A DNA stretch of 64,000 nucleotides from Oligoflexia bacterium (GTDB taxonomy: Bacteria > Bdellovibrionota > UBA1018): positions 960,001 through 1,024,000 of the forward strand of contig CAVWVI010000003.1 of the NCBI GenBank assembly GCA_963758495.1, given 5' to 3'. The notes beneath the pieces are model-generated. The model made no database searches, had not been told where the DNA came from, and saw nothing but the letters and a program-made list of their open reading frames with translations. Below, piece by piece: positions 1 through 10,164 of this stretch. Made by a program: the position numbers and the translations under genes. Every line of letters begins with the position of its first letter. The first letter of the stretch is position 1.

Positions 1-1
1 T

Positions 2-304
2 AAGGTTATTGCATCCATGATGAGAACCGCTCCCCAAGGAGAATTTCGCTCCAATATTCATCGTGGAGCGGAAGGAAATATTGTAAAGCTCCCCCCTCTT
101 CATCAAAAAACTGCGATTCGGGCAGCAAAGATTTTAGGACTTGAAGTTGCCGGTGTCGATCTTATGGAGAGCAACCTTGGCCCTATGGTAATTGAAGTGA
201 ACAGCTCACCCGGCTTTGAAGGTATCGAAAAAGCCACAGGGATTAATGTCGCATCTTCCATCCTCAAACATGTGAAAACCCTTATTAAAAAGTCGAATCG
301 CTAA
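2..304 (+). CDS. rimK: RimK-family ATP-grasp alpha-L-glutamate ligase, 5'-truncated by window edge
   Basis: [13 protein letters not shown] and [13 protein letters not shown] motifs; frame open back to base 2. Confidence 0.85.
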   Translation, partial: KVIASMMRTAPQGEFRSNIHRGAEGNIVKLPPLHQKTAIRAAKILGLEVAGVDLMESNLGPMVIEVNSSPGFEGIEKATGINVASSILKHVKTLIKKSNR

Positions 305-630
305 CCAGCCTTTTTCTTAAGTCGCGCATACCTTGACCGCACACGATGTTTTGTTACGGCGGGAATCCTTTTTTGATAATCTTGGATAGTTAGACATCCA
401 TAAATTTTCTTTACCAACATGGTTTGAACCTGGACACTTAATTCCTCAATAATTGATCCTTCTAATGATTTAGGAACTGTAATATTTAATCTTCTGAGAT
501 AAGAAAGATACTCTTGGAGGACATTCCCGATAAAAGACTTGCGATCCAAATCATTATCTTGGAAATTAACTAAATGCTGTTCAAAGATCACATACAAAGG
601 ATCTAACTGAGCTTGCTTGGCTTCTAACAT
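301..630 (-). CDS. hypothetical protein (109 aa)
   Basis: Fills the gap between rimK and the DHH gene with a 4-bp stop overlap; plausible helical composition; no recognised motif. Confidence 0.6.
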   Translation of the reverse strand: MLEAKQAQLDPLYVIFEQHLVNFQDNDLDRKSFIGNVLQEYLSYLRRLNITVPKSLEGSIIEELSVQVQTMLVKKIYGCLTIQDYQKRIPAVTKHRVRSRYARLKKKAG

Positions 631-1733
631 TGAATATTTTGCCTCCTGGATTCTCTTCGGAAAATGAGGTGTACAGCTTGAGCCCCCCAGAACTACCGAA
701 ATCTCTGTCAGACTCTTTAGACTTTAAAAAATTTAAATCTTATCTTGAACAGGCAAAACGAGTGTTGATTTCTACACACTTATTACCTGATGGAGATGGC
801 CTAGGCGCTGAAATAGCGTTATTTCACTACCTGAAGCGGGCCAAGAAGGCATGTCGGATCTACAATCCCGATTTATTACCAAAACGGTATCGATTTCTTG
901 ATCCCAAGGGTACGATTTTACTTGGCCCTGGCGAAGTGGAACTGTGGGATACTTGCGATCTCTGGGTAATAGTAGATACAAATGATCCCCGTCGATTAGG
1001 TAAACTATGGACTGAATTGACCTTTCGATCCAAAAAAATAGTATTTTTGGATCATCATCCTGAAATTATAGGGGAATCAGAAATTACCTATCCCCCTCAT
1101 GCAACACTTGTTTCCGACCCTCAATCCAGTAGCATTGGGGAGTTACTCTACCATTTATTTTCCGAACTCAATCTCTCAAAAATAAATAAAGACGTAGCTC
1201 AAGGACTCTATGTATCCGTCATGACCGATACCAATAGCTTTAGATATGCGAGAACAACCCCCCTTGCCCATCGCATCGCTGCAGATACGATTTCACTAGG
1301 TGTGAATCCCGAAGAAGTGTATCAGGCCATCTACTCATCCAAAGAAGTTTCACATTTAAAACTTTTAGGAAATATGCTTCAAAATGTGAAGGTCGGTTCC
1401 AGCGGAAAAGTTGCTTGGTTGGAAATGAATCTTGAACTCAGAAAAAAGCACCAAGCTTCTGCGGATGATACCCAATCCTTTTTGAATTTACTTCTACTCA
1501 TCAAAGACGCTGAGGTTGTTTGTTTCTTTCGAGAGGAAGACGATGGTCAAATTCGTGTTTCGATTAAATCAAAAGGAAGAATTATTATAAATAAATTAGC
1601 AATGGACTTAGGCGGTGGGGGTCATGAATACGCTGCAGGTCTTGCAGTTTCCTGGCCGCTTGAAAAAGCAGTGAATCAAATCATTCAAAAGATTGATGCA
1701 TTAATCGTCTCCTACGAGAAATTTAAAAAATGA
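630..1733 (+). CDS. nrnA: DHH/DHHA1 phosphoesterase (NrnA-like oligoribonuclease/pAp phosphatase); true start probably TTG at 678
   Basis: HxxPDGDGLG, VDT, DHH, TDTNSF and GGGGHEYAAG motifs; GAGGT Shine-Dalgarno before 678. Confidence 0.85.
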   Translation: MNILPPGFSSENEVYSLSPPELPKSLSDSLDFKKFKSYLEQAKRVLISTHLLPDGDGLGAEIALFHYLKRAKKACRIYNPDLLPKRYRFLDPKGTILLGPGEVELWDTCDLWVIVDTNDPRRLGKLWTELTFRSKKIVFLDHHPEIIGESEITYPPHATLVSDPQSSSIGELLYHLFSELNLSKINKDVAQGLYVSVMTDTNSFRYARTTPLAHRIAADTISLGVNPEEVYQAIYSSKEVSHLKLLGNMLQNVKVGSSGKVAWLEMNLELRKKHQASADDTQSFLNLLLLIKDAEVVCFFREEDDGQIRVSIKSKGRIIINKLAMDLGGGGHEYAAGLAVSWPLEKAVNQIIQKIDALIVSYEKFKK

Positions 1734-2800
1734 GAAGGTCTTTACAAATTACACGAATAGGCGGCCCAGAAGTTCTTCAAATCATAGATCACCCGAGTGA
1801 GAAATTAAAATCTGATTCCTTACGAATTCAAGTTACAGCCTCAGGAGTCAACTTCGCTGATCTTATGATGAGAATGGGCACGTACCCGGAAGCTCCAAAA
1901 ATTCCATTTGTGCCTGGTTATGAAATAGCGGGAACGGTGATAGAAGTAGGAAGCGCGGTAAAAACTTTTAGACCCGGAGATCGTGTACTCGCAGGAACTG
2001 AATTTGGGGGTTACACGACTGAAATCGTTTTATCTGAATTTCAAGTGAGGAAAATTCCAGCCTCATTAACTGACATTGAAGCAGCTGCAATCCCTGTCAA
2101 TTTCTTGACAGCTTGGGTAGCGCTTCAAGACATGGCTCGTATTCGTAAAGGAGATCGAGTCCTCATTCAGAGTGCTGCGGGTGGTGTAGGCGTCGCTGCT
2201 GTTCAAATTGCAGCTCAAGCGGGCGCATCTGTAGTGGGAATTATCGGATCTAAGCTTAAAGCTGATGCTGTTAAGTCCTTAGGCGCTAGTGAGATCATGA
2301 CTTATCAAGAATGGGAAGAATTGAAAGACAAGGATGCTGACGGCTTTCAAATTATTTTGGACTCCACAGGTGGAGACAGTTTAAAGCGAAGCTTTCGAAG
2401 ACTCGCCGCTGGAGGACGGGTGATTTCATTTGGCGTTTCCAGCATGGTATCAGGCCAAAAACGCTCTATTCTGAAAGCTGCCTCTCTGTTTCTAAACACC
2501 CCTCGATTCAGTCCTTTTAAGTTAATGATGGAAAATAAAGGTATTTTTGGTCTCAATATGTTGAAACTTTTCGAGAGACCTTCTCCTGGAAAGTCTAGCC
2601 TTGTGCCGAGTGCTTTAGACCTGATTATGGAACGTTTTGAAGATAGAAGTTATCGGGTCATGATTGGAAAGACGTTTGCCCTCGAAAAAGGAGGAGATGC
2701 TCATGCTTTTCTTCAGAGCAGGGCAAATATTGGAAAGGTAATCTTAACTTCCCCAGGTACAATGGCCCATGGAACCCAATCCTATCCGCTTCACTCATAA
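1730..2800 (+). CDS. Medium-chain dehydrogenase/reductase, VAT-1/quinone oxidoreductase-like
   Basis: GVNFADL..R.G.YP, VPGYE, AAGGVG nucleotide-binding motif, C-terminal GKVIL. Confidence 0.85.
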   Translation: MRRSLQITRIGGPEVLQIIDHPSEKLKSDSLRIQVTASGVNFADLMMRMGTYPEAPKIPFVPGYEIAGTVIEVGSAVKTFRPGDRVLAGTEFGGYTTEIVLSEFQVRKIPASLTDIEAAAIPVNFLTAWVALQDMARIRKGDRVLIQSAAGGVGVAAVQIAAQAGASVVGIIGSKLKADAVKSLGASEIMTYQEWEELKDKDADGFQIILDSTGGDSLKRSFRRLAAGGRVISFGVSSMVSGQKRSILKAASLFLNTPRFSPFKLMMENKGIFGLNMLKLFERPSPGKSSLVPSALDLIMERFEDRSYRVMIGKTFALEKGGDAHAFLQSRANIGKVILTSPGTMAHGTQSYPLHS

Positions 2801-2915
2801 CATAAGCAACAAGTTTCAGTTGACGTTCATTGTAATTTATAACAATAAATAAATGACTTCATCTATTATCGAATGAGTGAATGAGTAAATTTTAAATCCG
2901 GACTGAGGTGATTTT

Positions 2916-3863
2916 ATGATTCAAGTATCTCATCTATCCAAACTATATGGACCACGAGCCGCAATTAGCGATTTAAATTTTGCGGTGAAAAAGGGCGAAA
3001 TCGTCGGATTTTTAGGGCCCAATGGAGCGGGAAAAAGCACCACCATGAAAATCCTTACTGGATTTATGCCTGCCACCGAAGGAAAAGTAACGGTAGGTGG
3101 CTTTGATGTTTTCACAAACTCACATGAAGTGAAAAAAAATGTAGGATTCCTGCCGGAGACTCCGCCCGTTTATCCAGAAATGCCTGTTCACGAATATTTG
3201 GAATTTGCTGCAAAACTCCATCAGGTTTCGAAACCTCTCCTTTCAAGAGCTGTAGCGACAGCTCTTGAAAAAACTGGATTAGGTGAGGTAAGAAATCGTC
3301 TAATTGGAAATCTTTCTAAAGGCTTCCGGCAGCGAGTGGGCTTGGCTCAAGCGATCGTTCACAATCCTCAAGTCCTCATTCTAGATGAACCCACCGTGGG
3401 CTTGGATCCTAAACAAATTATTGAAATTCGAGAATTGATTAAAAGCCTCGGGGGTGATCACACCGTTATCTTGAGTTCACATATACTTCCAGAAGTCACT
3501 GCAACCTGCCAAAGAATTATTGTGATCAACAAGGGACGAATCGTAGCCGAAGACACGATTGAACACCTTACAACCCGAATGAATAAAGGTCTTATTTACT
3601 CACTCCTAGTCAAGACACCTTCATCAGATGGAATAGAAGCCATCCGACGGATTGATGGGGTCACAGGAGTCACAGCATCGGGTTCAAAACTCATGATTGA
3701 AATGAGTCCTGCTGCAAAAGAAATCCGCGATAAGATTGTTGAAACTGCTGTCAGCCGTAACTTAGGAGTACTTGAGTTTAGTGCTGAAAAAATAAGTCTC
3801 GAAGAAGTCTTTTTACAACTCACGACCCGCGAGAGTTCATCTGATAATACAGGAGTTGCCTGA
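2916..3863 (+). CDS. ABC transporter ATP-binding protein, GldA-like
   Basis: Walker A GPNGAGKST, signature LSKGFRQR, Walker B ILDEPT, H-loop SSH. Confidence 0.9.
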   Translation: MIQVSHLSKLYGPRAAISDLNFAVKKGEIVGFLGPNGAGKSTTMKILTGFMPATEGKVTVGGFDVFTNSHEVKKNVGFLPETPPVYPEMPVHEYLEFAAKLHQVSKPLLSRAVATALEKTGLGEVRNRLIGNLSKGFRQRVGLAQAIVHNPQVLILDEPTVGLDPKQIIEIRELIKSLGGDHTVILSSHILPEVTATCQRIIVINKGRIVAEDTIEHLTTRMNKGLIYSLLVKTPSSDGIEAIRRIDGVTGVTASGSKLMIEMSPAAKEIRDKIVETAVSRNLGVLEFSAEKISLEEVFLQLTTRESSSDNTGVA

Positions 3864-3865
3864 TC

Positions 3866-4630
3866 ATGAAAAACATATGGACAATAGCACAAAGAGATTT
3901 TAGAGCCTACTTTACCTCACCCATTGCCTATATTGTTATAGCTGGCTTTATGGTGATTATGGGCTGGATGTTCTTTTTCAATCTTTCTCATTTTAATTTA
4001 CAAAACCTCCAGTACCAGCAGTTTAACATGGGTAAAGGAGTCAGCATTACAGAAGGAATTATTCGACCTCTCTATGGTAATATGAATGTAATTTTCTTAT
4101 TCATGGTCCCATTCATTACAATGAGACTTTTTGCGGAAGAAAAAAAGCTGCATACCATTGAACTTTTAATGACTGCACCCGTCAGCTTAGCTGAGATTGT
4201 TCTTGGAAAATTTCTTTCTTCATTCCTTCTCGTTTTGGTCATGCTGACATTCACGATGATTTACCCCATTGTCCTTTTTGCTACAGGTAATCCTGAATTA
4301 GGGCCGATAGTCACCAGCTATGTAGGAACACTTTTACTTTCTAGCTGCTACCTTTCAATAGGCATATTGTTCTCATCCGTTACTGAAAATCAAATTGTCG
4401 CAGGAGCACTTACTTTTGCAGCTGGACTCTTCTTTTGGCTTGTCAGTTGGGCAACTCAAACTGCAGGTCCAGTCTGGGGGGATCTACTCAACTACTTATC
4501 ATTGATCACTCATTATAATAACTTTGGTCAAGGCCTGCTCAATACAGGTGATATTTTTTATTATTTATCTTTTATTGGTGTTGGACTTTTTCTAACACAC
4601 CGAACATTAGATTCCTTTCGATGGAGGTAA
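3866..4630 (+). CDS. ABC-2 permease, GldF-like
   Basis: YFTSPIAY, ITMRLFAEEK..TIELL.T.P, IVLGKF, TENQIVA; about six TM segments. Confidence 0.88.
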   Translation: MKNIWTIAQRDFRAYFTSPIAYIVIAGFMVIMGWMFFFNLSHFNLQNLQYQQFNMGKGVSITEGIIRPLYGNMNVIFLFMVPFITMRLFAEEKKLHTIELLMTAPVSLAEIVLGKFLSSFLLVLVMLTFTMIYPIVLFATGNPELGPIVTSYVGTLLLSSCYLSIGILFSSVTENQIVAGALTFAAGLFFWLVSWATQTAGPVWGDLLNYLSLITHYNNFGQGLLNTGDIFYYLSFIGVGLFLTHRTLDSFRWR

Positions 4631-4636
4631 ACAGCC

Positions 4637-6196
4637 ATGGAAAATCAAGCTCATAAAAATGGTACCCAAAATACGACCCCACTTCTTTGGATTGCATCAG
4701 GAGTCCTTCTATTAGGCCTTTTATTTGCAAGAATTATTTATCCAGAGCTTATATGGATGACGATCACTCTTGTTACCCTTCTCGTCGCAACCCTGAGTGG
4801 ATTAATGGTTCAAAATCAAAAAGCACTCAAAAGTCGAACCGCTGCTTATGGCATTAATTCGGTTATCACTGTATTTCTTGTAATTGGAATCGTGGGAGTT
4901 TTGAATTTTCTTACCTCACGTTATCCATATAAGGTGGATTTAACTAAAAATAAAATTCATACACTTTCTGATCAAACCGTAAAAATCACAAAGGGCCTAC
5001 AAAAGACGGTTAAAGCTACCCTTTATTCGAAACTTCAACAGAAAGAACAGTTTCGACCTCTATTGGATAACTATAAGAGTTTAAATCCAAAATTTGAAGT
5101 TGAATACGTAGATCCAGATCGCGAGCCAACTCGCGCAAAAGAATCTGGAATTAAAAAATATGGAACACTTCTTTTAGCTGTAGACGGTCGCGACAATAAG
5201 ATCGAAGAGCCGACTGAAGAAAAAGTGACTAATGCGCTTATTAAATTACTAAAAGATAAAAACCCGGTCTTATGTGTAACCACAGGACATGGCGAAAAGA
5301 GTTTTACCTCTAAGGAAAATGAGGGATATGATGGAGTTAAGAAATCTTTAGCAGACCAAAGTTACGAAGTTAAAGATCTTAACTTACTTCAGGAATCCAA
5401 AGTACCAGAAACTTGCAATGCTCTGGCCATTATTGGACCTACGAAATCTTTTTTCCCTGCTGAAACTACAGCCATCAATCAATATTTAGATCAGGGTGGA
5501 CGGGGCATCATAGCAGTGGATATTAATATTAAGGGTGGAGAATACTCACCCGAACTCCTCTCAATCCTACAAAATTGGTATGTCAAACCGGGCGTTTCAT
5601 TGGTGGTAGACCCAGTTTCTCGAATGCTAGGAGTGGACTCCTCCGTTGCAATTCTGGCATCTTTTTCAAAAGACAGCCCAATTACTCGCGACTTTCAAGG
5701 TAATTGTGCATTTCCATTTACACGTCCTTTGGATATTATCCCTGCACCCCCTCCTAGCTTGAATATTCATTGGCTTGCTCAGACTACTCCAAAAAGCTGG
5801 GGAGTTTCAGATATGAAGTCATTACAAACAGGCCAGGTAAGTTTTGTAGAAGGTAAAGATAAATCTGGTCCTTTGAATGCAGCTTTAGTCGTGGAAGGTA
5901 AGCAAAAGAATTCAAAGGCGACACGAAACACCCGCTTAGTTGTTTTTGGAAGTTCCTTCTTTGCAACGAATAATTTCTCTCGCTATGCTGGTAATCTTGA
6001 CTTCTTCCTCAATTCAGTCTCTTGGGCCATGGAAGATGAGAGCTTGATTTCAATTCGAACGAAAGAAGACGGTCCTGGCAAAATTGAGCTTTCTCAAAAG
6101 TCAGGTGCCTTCATATTCTTGCTCACTGTCATTGTTGTTCCATTGCTCATTTCAGTCGCTGGACTTGGCATTTGGATAGCACGACGAAAAATGTAA
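4637..6196 (+). CDS. GldG-family ABC auxiliary membrane protein
   Basis: DLTKNKIHTLSDQT, TTGHGEK, NLDFFLNSVSW motifs; N-terminal TMs and C-terminal TM followed by RRK. Confidence 0.85.
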   Translation: MENQAHKNGTQNTTPLLWIASGVLLLGLLFARIIYPELIWMTITLVTLLVATLSGLMVQNQKALKSRTAAYGINSVITVFLVIGIVGVLNFLTSRYPYKVDLTKNKIHTLSDQTVKITKGLQKTVKATLYSKLQQKEQFRPLLDNYKSLNPKFEVEYVDPDREPTRAKESGIKKYGTLLLAVDGRDNKIEEPTEEKVTNALIKLLKDKNPVLCVTTGHGEKSFTSKENEGYDGVKKSLADQSYEVKDLNLLQESKVPETCNALAIIGPTKSFFPAETTAINQYLDQGGRGIIAVDINIKGGEYSPELLSILQNWYVKPGVSLVVDPVSRMLGVDSSVAILASFSKDSPITRDFQGNCAFPFTRPLDIIPAPPPSLNIHWLAQTTPKSWGVSDMKSLQTGQVSFVEGKDKSGPLNAALVVEGKQKNSKATRNTRLVVFGSSFFATNNFSRYAGNLDFFLNSVSWAMEDESLISIRTKEDGPGKIELSQKSGAFIFLLTVIVVPLLISVAGLGIWIARRKM

Positions 6197-6212
6197 AAGA
6201 AGGAGAATAAAA

Positions 6213-7739
6213 ATGAGTCAAGTCAGTTGGTATCGTCAGTTCGGGCTTGCCATTACTCTCGCTTTGCTCGGAACGTTAGCTTATTGGCTAGAGGTTAAAC
6301 ACAAGCCAGCAAAAGAGCAGGCCGAAGAACAATCTAAACAGATTTTTCAAATCAAAGACACGGCAGTAACCTCTATCGGATTATTGGGTGGAACAGTCAA
6401 TTCCATTGTATTCACTTGTTCTGATCTTTCTGCAAAGTTGTGCAAACCGGGAGATAATTCTAAGTGGGAAGTGTCTGAGCCGACAAGAATCAAGGCTGAT
6501 GACTCTAATGTAAATAATCTTCTCACTGCTTTGAATCATTTGAGTTCAACTTCCATCATTGATTTAAAGGACGAATCTCCAGATAAAAGAGCCAGCCTCC
6601 TTAAGGATTACGGTGTCGACACACAATCTCGAAAAACGAGTAAAAAAGTAACACTCAGCACGACTTCAGGCGAAACGGTCCTCTACTTAGGATCACCTCA
6701 TCCCATTGAAGACAGTGTTTTTGCAATAAGAGAGCAAGTCACTCCAGGACAAAAGGTCAGTGGAAATGCAGATGAAACTCATATTTATCTCATTCCAAAC
6801 TCTTTCAAAACCAACTTAAATCATGAGTTCATCTATTGGCGAGATAAAAAACTTCTCACTCTAGGCGCTCACGAAGTTGAATCATTTAAATTAGAAAGTT
6901 CTCATGATCCTGTCAGTGCTGATAGAAAAGAAGGAAAATGGTACCTTCATGTAGGTAAAGATGAACTTCCTGGAGATATCGAAAATATAGGAAGCTTCCT
7001 CAGTTCAACTACCTATCTTCTTGCTAAGGACATCATCCTCGAAAATAAGAATGATCTAAAATCTAAAGGTATTCTAAAGGGATATTCACAGTCATTTCAA
7101 CTCTCCTTACAAAAGGAAAAGGGAACCGCAAAAGACACCCCGGCTCCGATTATTTTGACGCTTTTTCAGGATAAATCGACTCATTCCGCCGGAAAAGTTT
7201 ATGCAACAGTATCTAATTTAGATCCTTTATTTGAACTTGATCCCGGTGTACAGAACCGACTTAACAAAAGCACCAAAGACTTGAGATTGACGAAATTACT
7301 GACTGCTATGGAAAGATTTTCAGCAAAGAAACTAATCTTTTCAGGTACCCCCATGGGTAGTACTCCCTTAGAGCTCCTCAATGAAAATGGGAAATGGCTA
7401 AACGCTACAGATAAGAAAGAAGTATCTCCTTTAATTGTTCAAAGTGTTTTAGATCAGCTTTCTGGAAATAAAATAAAAGAATTTCTTCAAAGCTCTTCAA
7501 TTCCTTCGGGTGAAAAAGAGGGATTGAAATTCACCTTGATTGATGAAAAAGGCGTAGCAAATCCTCAATTAATCATTTGGAAAAAAGAGGACAAATTCTA
7601 TGCTCGAGATTTAATATCTAAACGAAATGAGGCATTTTTAATTGATAATTCATTAGGAACTGCTCTTCCGTGGGATAGAAACTTTTTTAACCCACCCCCC
7701 CTCAAAACGGAGAAAAAAACGGAAGCTTCTAAAAAATGA
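6213..7739 (+). CDS. DUF4340-like membrane-anchored periplasmic protein
   Basis: Single N-terminal TM, W...P...AD...V..LL and WRDKKLL motifs, usual position after GldG-like gene. Confidence 0.7.
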   Translation: MSQVSWYRQFGLAITLALLGTLAYWLEVKHKPAKEQAEEQSKQIFQIKDTAVTSIGLLGGTVNSIVFTCSDLSAKLCKPGDNSKWEVSEPTRIKADDSNVNNLLTALNHLSSTSIIDLKDESPDKRASLLKDYGVDTQSRKTSKKVTLSTTSGETVLYLGSPHPIEDSVFAIREQVTPGQKVSGNADETHIYLIPNSFKTNLNHEFIYWRDKKLLTLGAHEVESFKLESSHDPVSADRKEGKWYLHVGKDELPGDIENIGSFLSSTTYLLAKDIILENKNDLKSKGILKGYSQSFQLSLQKEKGTAKDTPAPIILTLFQDKSTHSAGKVYATVSNLDPLFELDPGVQNRLNKSTKDLRLTKLLTAMERFSAKKLIFSGTPMGSTPLELLNENGKWLNATDKKEVSPLIVQSVLDQLSGNKIKEFLQSSSIPSGEKEGLKFTLIDEKGVANPQLIIWKKEDKFYARDLISKRNEAFLIDNSLGTALPWDRNFFNPPPLKTEKKTEASKK

Positions 7740-8428
7740 GTATAATCAGAAATTATTTTTCTGATGTTTGGCAAATCCTAACGCGGCCTAGCTCATTTTT
7801 TGATCGGATGCCCACTCGAGGTAACGTGAGCTGGCCATTAGCATTTGCTTTAGTGACTCACTGGGTGGGTGTCTCCTTTGAGTTCATTTGGAACGCAGTT
7901 TTTGTCCGAAGCGGAACCTATCGTTTTTTTCAAAGTATCCTTCAATTTTCTCAAAATTATCGTAACAGCTCTGATATTGACTATGCTGGCCGAAGTGCAG
8001 AGTTCGTTCAAATGAAGGATCGCATGACCGAGTGGTTATTAGGAGCAGGTCCGATTGTTATTGATCCATTTTTGACCCTGGTCTCGGTTTTATTCACTTC
8101 ATTTCTTGTCTATTTGGGAGCACGTATTCTTGTTTCACCCGGGAAAGAGGGACATCCCGCCGAAATCACTTATGAATCTGCATTAAGAATTATATGTTTC
8201 GGAATGACGCCAGCCATCCTAGCCAGTATCCCTCTTATTGGAGGCATGCTAGCATCATTTGGCGTCATCATTGTGACGATTACCGGGGCCAAACGAGTTT
8301 ATCGAATCTCAACGAACCGAGCTATTCTTGTAGCCCTATTCCCAAAAGTGCTTTTATTTGGAATAATTGTAATGGGGCTCCTTTTCTTTGCAGTTAGTCT
8401 ATTCAAGCTATTCTCATTTTTGCTTTAA
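7736..8428 (+). CDS. YIP1-family membrane protein
   Basis: ILTRPSSFF N-terminal motif, about five TMs, YE...RI..F...P..L..IP.IG pattern. Confidence 0.75.
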   Translation: MSIIRNYFSDVWQILTRPSSFFDRMPTRGNVSWPLAFALVTHWVGVSFEFIWNAVFVRSGTYRFFQSILQFSQNYRNSSDIDYAGRSAEFVQMKDRMTEWLLGAGPIVIDPFLTLVSVLFTSFLVYLGARILVSPGKEGHPAEITYESALRIICFGMTPAILASIPLIGGMLASFGVIIVTITGAKRVYRISTNRAILVALFPKVLLFGIIVMGLLFFAVSLFKLFSFLL

Positions 8429-8488
8429 AAGAGCCCTCCTTGGAGGGATGTTCTGAAATTACGCACTTTTCTCCTGAGATCGCTAGGC

Positions 8489-9658
8489 TTGGTTGTCTTG
8501 ATCTGTTTCGCACGTTTGTTATTTTTGATCATAATGAATTTTATTTCGATTTCTAAAAATCAGTCACCCCCCATCGACACGAGTCAAAAAAGGGCTATTT
8601 CTTCGAATCATAATTCAACGCCCCAACCTATTTTTGATATCTGCCAACATATTTATCAGTTAGTTTGCCAAAATTCAGGCACCACGCATGACCCGAGCGG
8701 ATCTGTTCGTCCCGACACCGAAGGTGAAAATCAAGCATTACGGCTTTACAAAGAAATCATACAATCCAACCCTAGCCTAAGTATTGAGCAAGTCAACGAA
8801 GCCTTAGTCACGCGCATTTTTGAGCCAAAACAAAAAGGTAGAATTGAGTCTGCATATCGTTGGTCAAAATCTGCGATTAAGCGTTTTATTGATCGTCAAC
8901 CTCCTCAGGTATTTACTGCACAGGAAAAACATCAGATTAAAGCACGGTTAGATCATATTCAACTGCAACTCCCTCCTCCCGCGTCTATCTATGACGATGA
9001 ACCTGACCTACTTACGAAAAGTGAAGTCTATTATGAACGTATGATCAATGGAGAGATGCGCCTCAGAGTGGGGGGTGCCTTTCTTTTTATTTCCAAATCA
9101 TGGTTCAATCTCATATTTACATTAGCCCACGAACAAGCCCACTCGATCGATCCGTGTGAAATTAGAGCCGCCAGGCTATCGTTTCCGGCATACGACCAGC
9201 TCACCGCTTGTTTTCTACAAAATCATTTAATTAGAACAGGCAAGGATCGATCCGAATGTGGCGCACACGACCAATTATCAGAAACCTTTGCAGATTGGAT
9301 TGCTGTTCAAGTAACAGCTGAGGCACTTCATACGTTTTCCACAGAATTTCATGGACAACAAATTATCAATGCCGCTAGAAACTCAGTACGTGACCTTTGC
9401 GCACAGGAAAACGATGGGGAGGACCTTGATGTTGATTTTCATCCATCCCCTCAGATCCGGATCGAAAGTATCTTTGGAAGAAATCCAAAAATTCGTCAAC
9501 TACTGGGCTGCGACCCCAGTAAAGAAACTCCCCCTTATTGTACCTTTGATCCGGGCACTCCTGTAAGTCAAGACACGCATTTTCTAAACTATCCAGGAGG
9601 AATACATGAAAACAAGAAGACTTTATCACTCCCTGCCCTCTTCACTTCTCCTTCTTAA
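8489..9658 (+). CDS. Membrane-anchored zinc metallopeptidase, compact M13 (neprilysin)-like; start may be CTG at 8453
   Basis: HEQAHSID (HExxH), ETFAD third-ligand motif, HPSPQIR, N-terminal hydrophobic anchor. Confidence 0.6.
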   Translation: MVVLICFARLLFLIIMNFISISKNQSPPIDTSQKRAISSNHNSTPQPIFDICQHIYQLVCQNSGTTHDPSGSVRPDTEGENQALRLYKEIIQSNPSLSIEQVNEALVTRIFEPKQKGRIESAYRWSKSAIKRFIDRQPPQVFTAQEKHQIKARLDHIQLQLPPPASIYDDEPDLLTKSEVYYERMINGEMRLRVGGAFLFISKSWFNLIFTLAHEQAHSIDPCEIRAARLSFPAYDQLTACFLQNHLIRTGKDRSECGAHDQLSETFADWIAVQVTAEALHTFSTEFHGQQIINAARNSVRDLCAQENDGEDLDVDFHPSPQIRIESIFGRNPKIRQLLGCDPSKETPPYCTFDPGTPVSQDTHFLNYPGGIHENKKTLSLPALFTSPS

Positions 9659-10124
9659 CTGCATATTTTTAATGAGTTCATGCAGTAGTCCACCTCGGTC
9701 CATCCAGATATCAGAATTTGAAGTTCCTGGTCCTTTATTTGAAAAAACAAAATCTCAACTACTTAAAGATAGCAGTATCGACATTCAATACATACTGGGA
9801 CACGAGCATTATCGCTTCGTTGCAACTTCCTTAGAAAATTCTGTCACCGCAAAAAGCCTCCGAGATAGGCAGATTGTAAGAAATGGTCCGATTGATAAAA
9901 ATCTCTACACAGATTTTTTTCAGAAAGCTTCAAATTTCATTAGTCACTCCAAGTCCTCGGAAAGTTCAGGTGAGAAGTCGGATAGTCACTGCAGAAGTCC
10001 CTTTACGGTTACTGTCAACATTGAAAAAGAGACCCACACTACCAAAGGATGTCGATCTACAGACAATGGAACACTGAGTAAGCTGGTCAATGACGGAGAA
10101 TTCCTCTTGTATTCCCAAAACTAA
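9606..10124 (+). CDS. Putative lipoprotein
   Basis: GGAGG SD, basic N-terminus, hydrophobic stretch, MSSC lipobox-like cysteine. Confidence 0.6.
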   Translation: MKTRRLYHSLPSSLLLLNCIFLMSSCSSPPRSIQISEFEVPGPLFEKTKSQLLKDSSIDIQYILGHEHYRFVATSLENSVTAKSLRDRQIVRNGPIDKNLYTDFFQKASNFISHSKSSESSGEKSDSHCRSPFTVTVNIEKETHTTKGCRSTDNGTLSKLVNDGEFLLYSQN

Positions 10125-10164
10125 TCGCATTTGATATGCCCAAAACATAAGGGGCATATCAAGT

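Noticed and set aside
2820..2850. TTGACG upstream of the ABC operon as a sigma70 promoter
   Set aside because: No convincing -10 hexamer at 16-18 bp spacing
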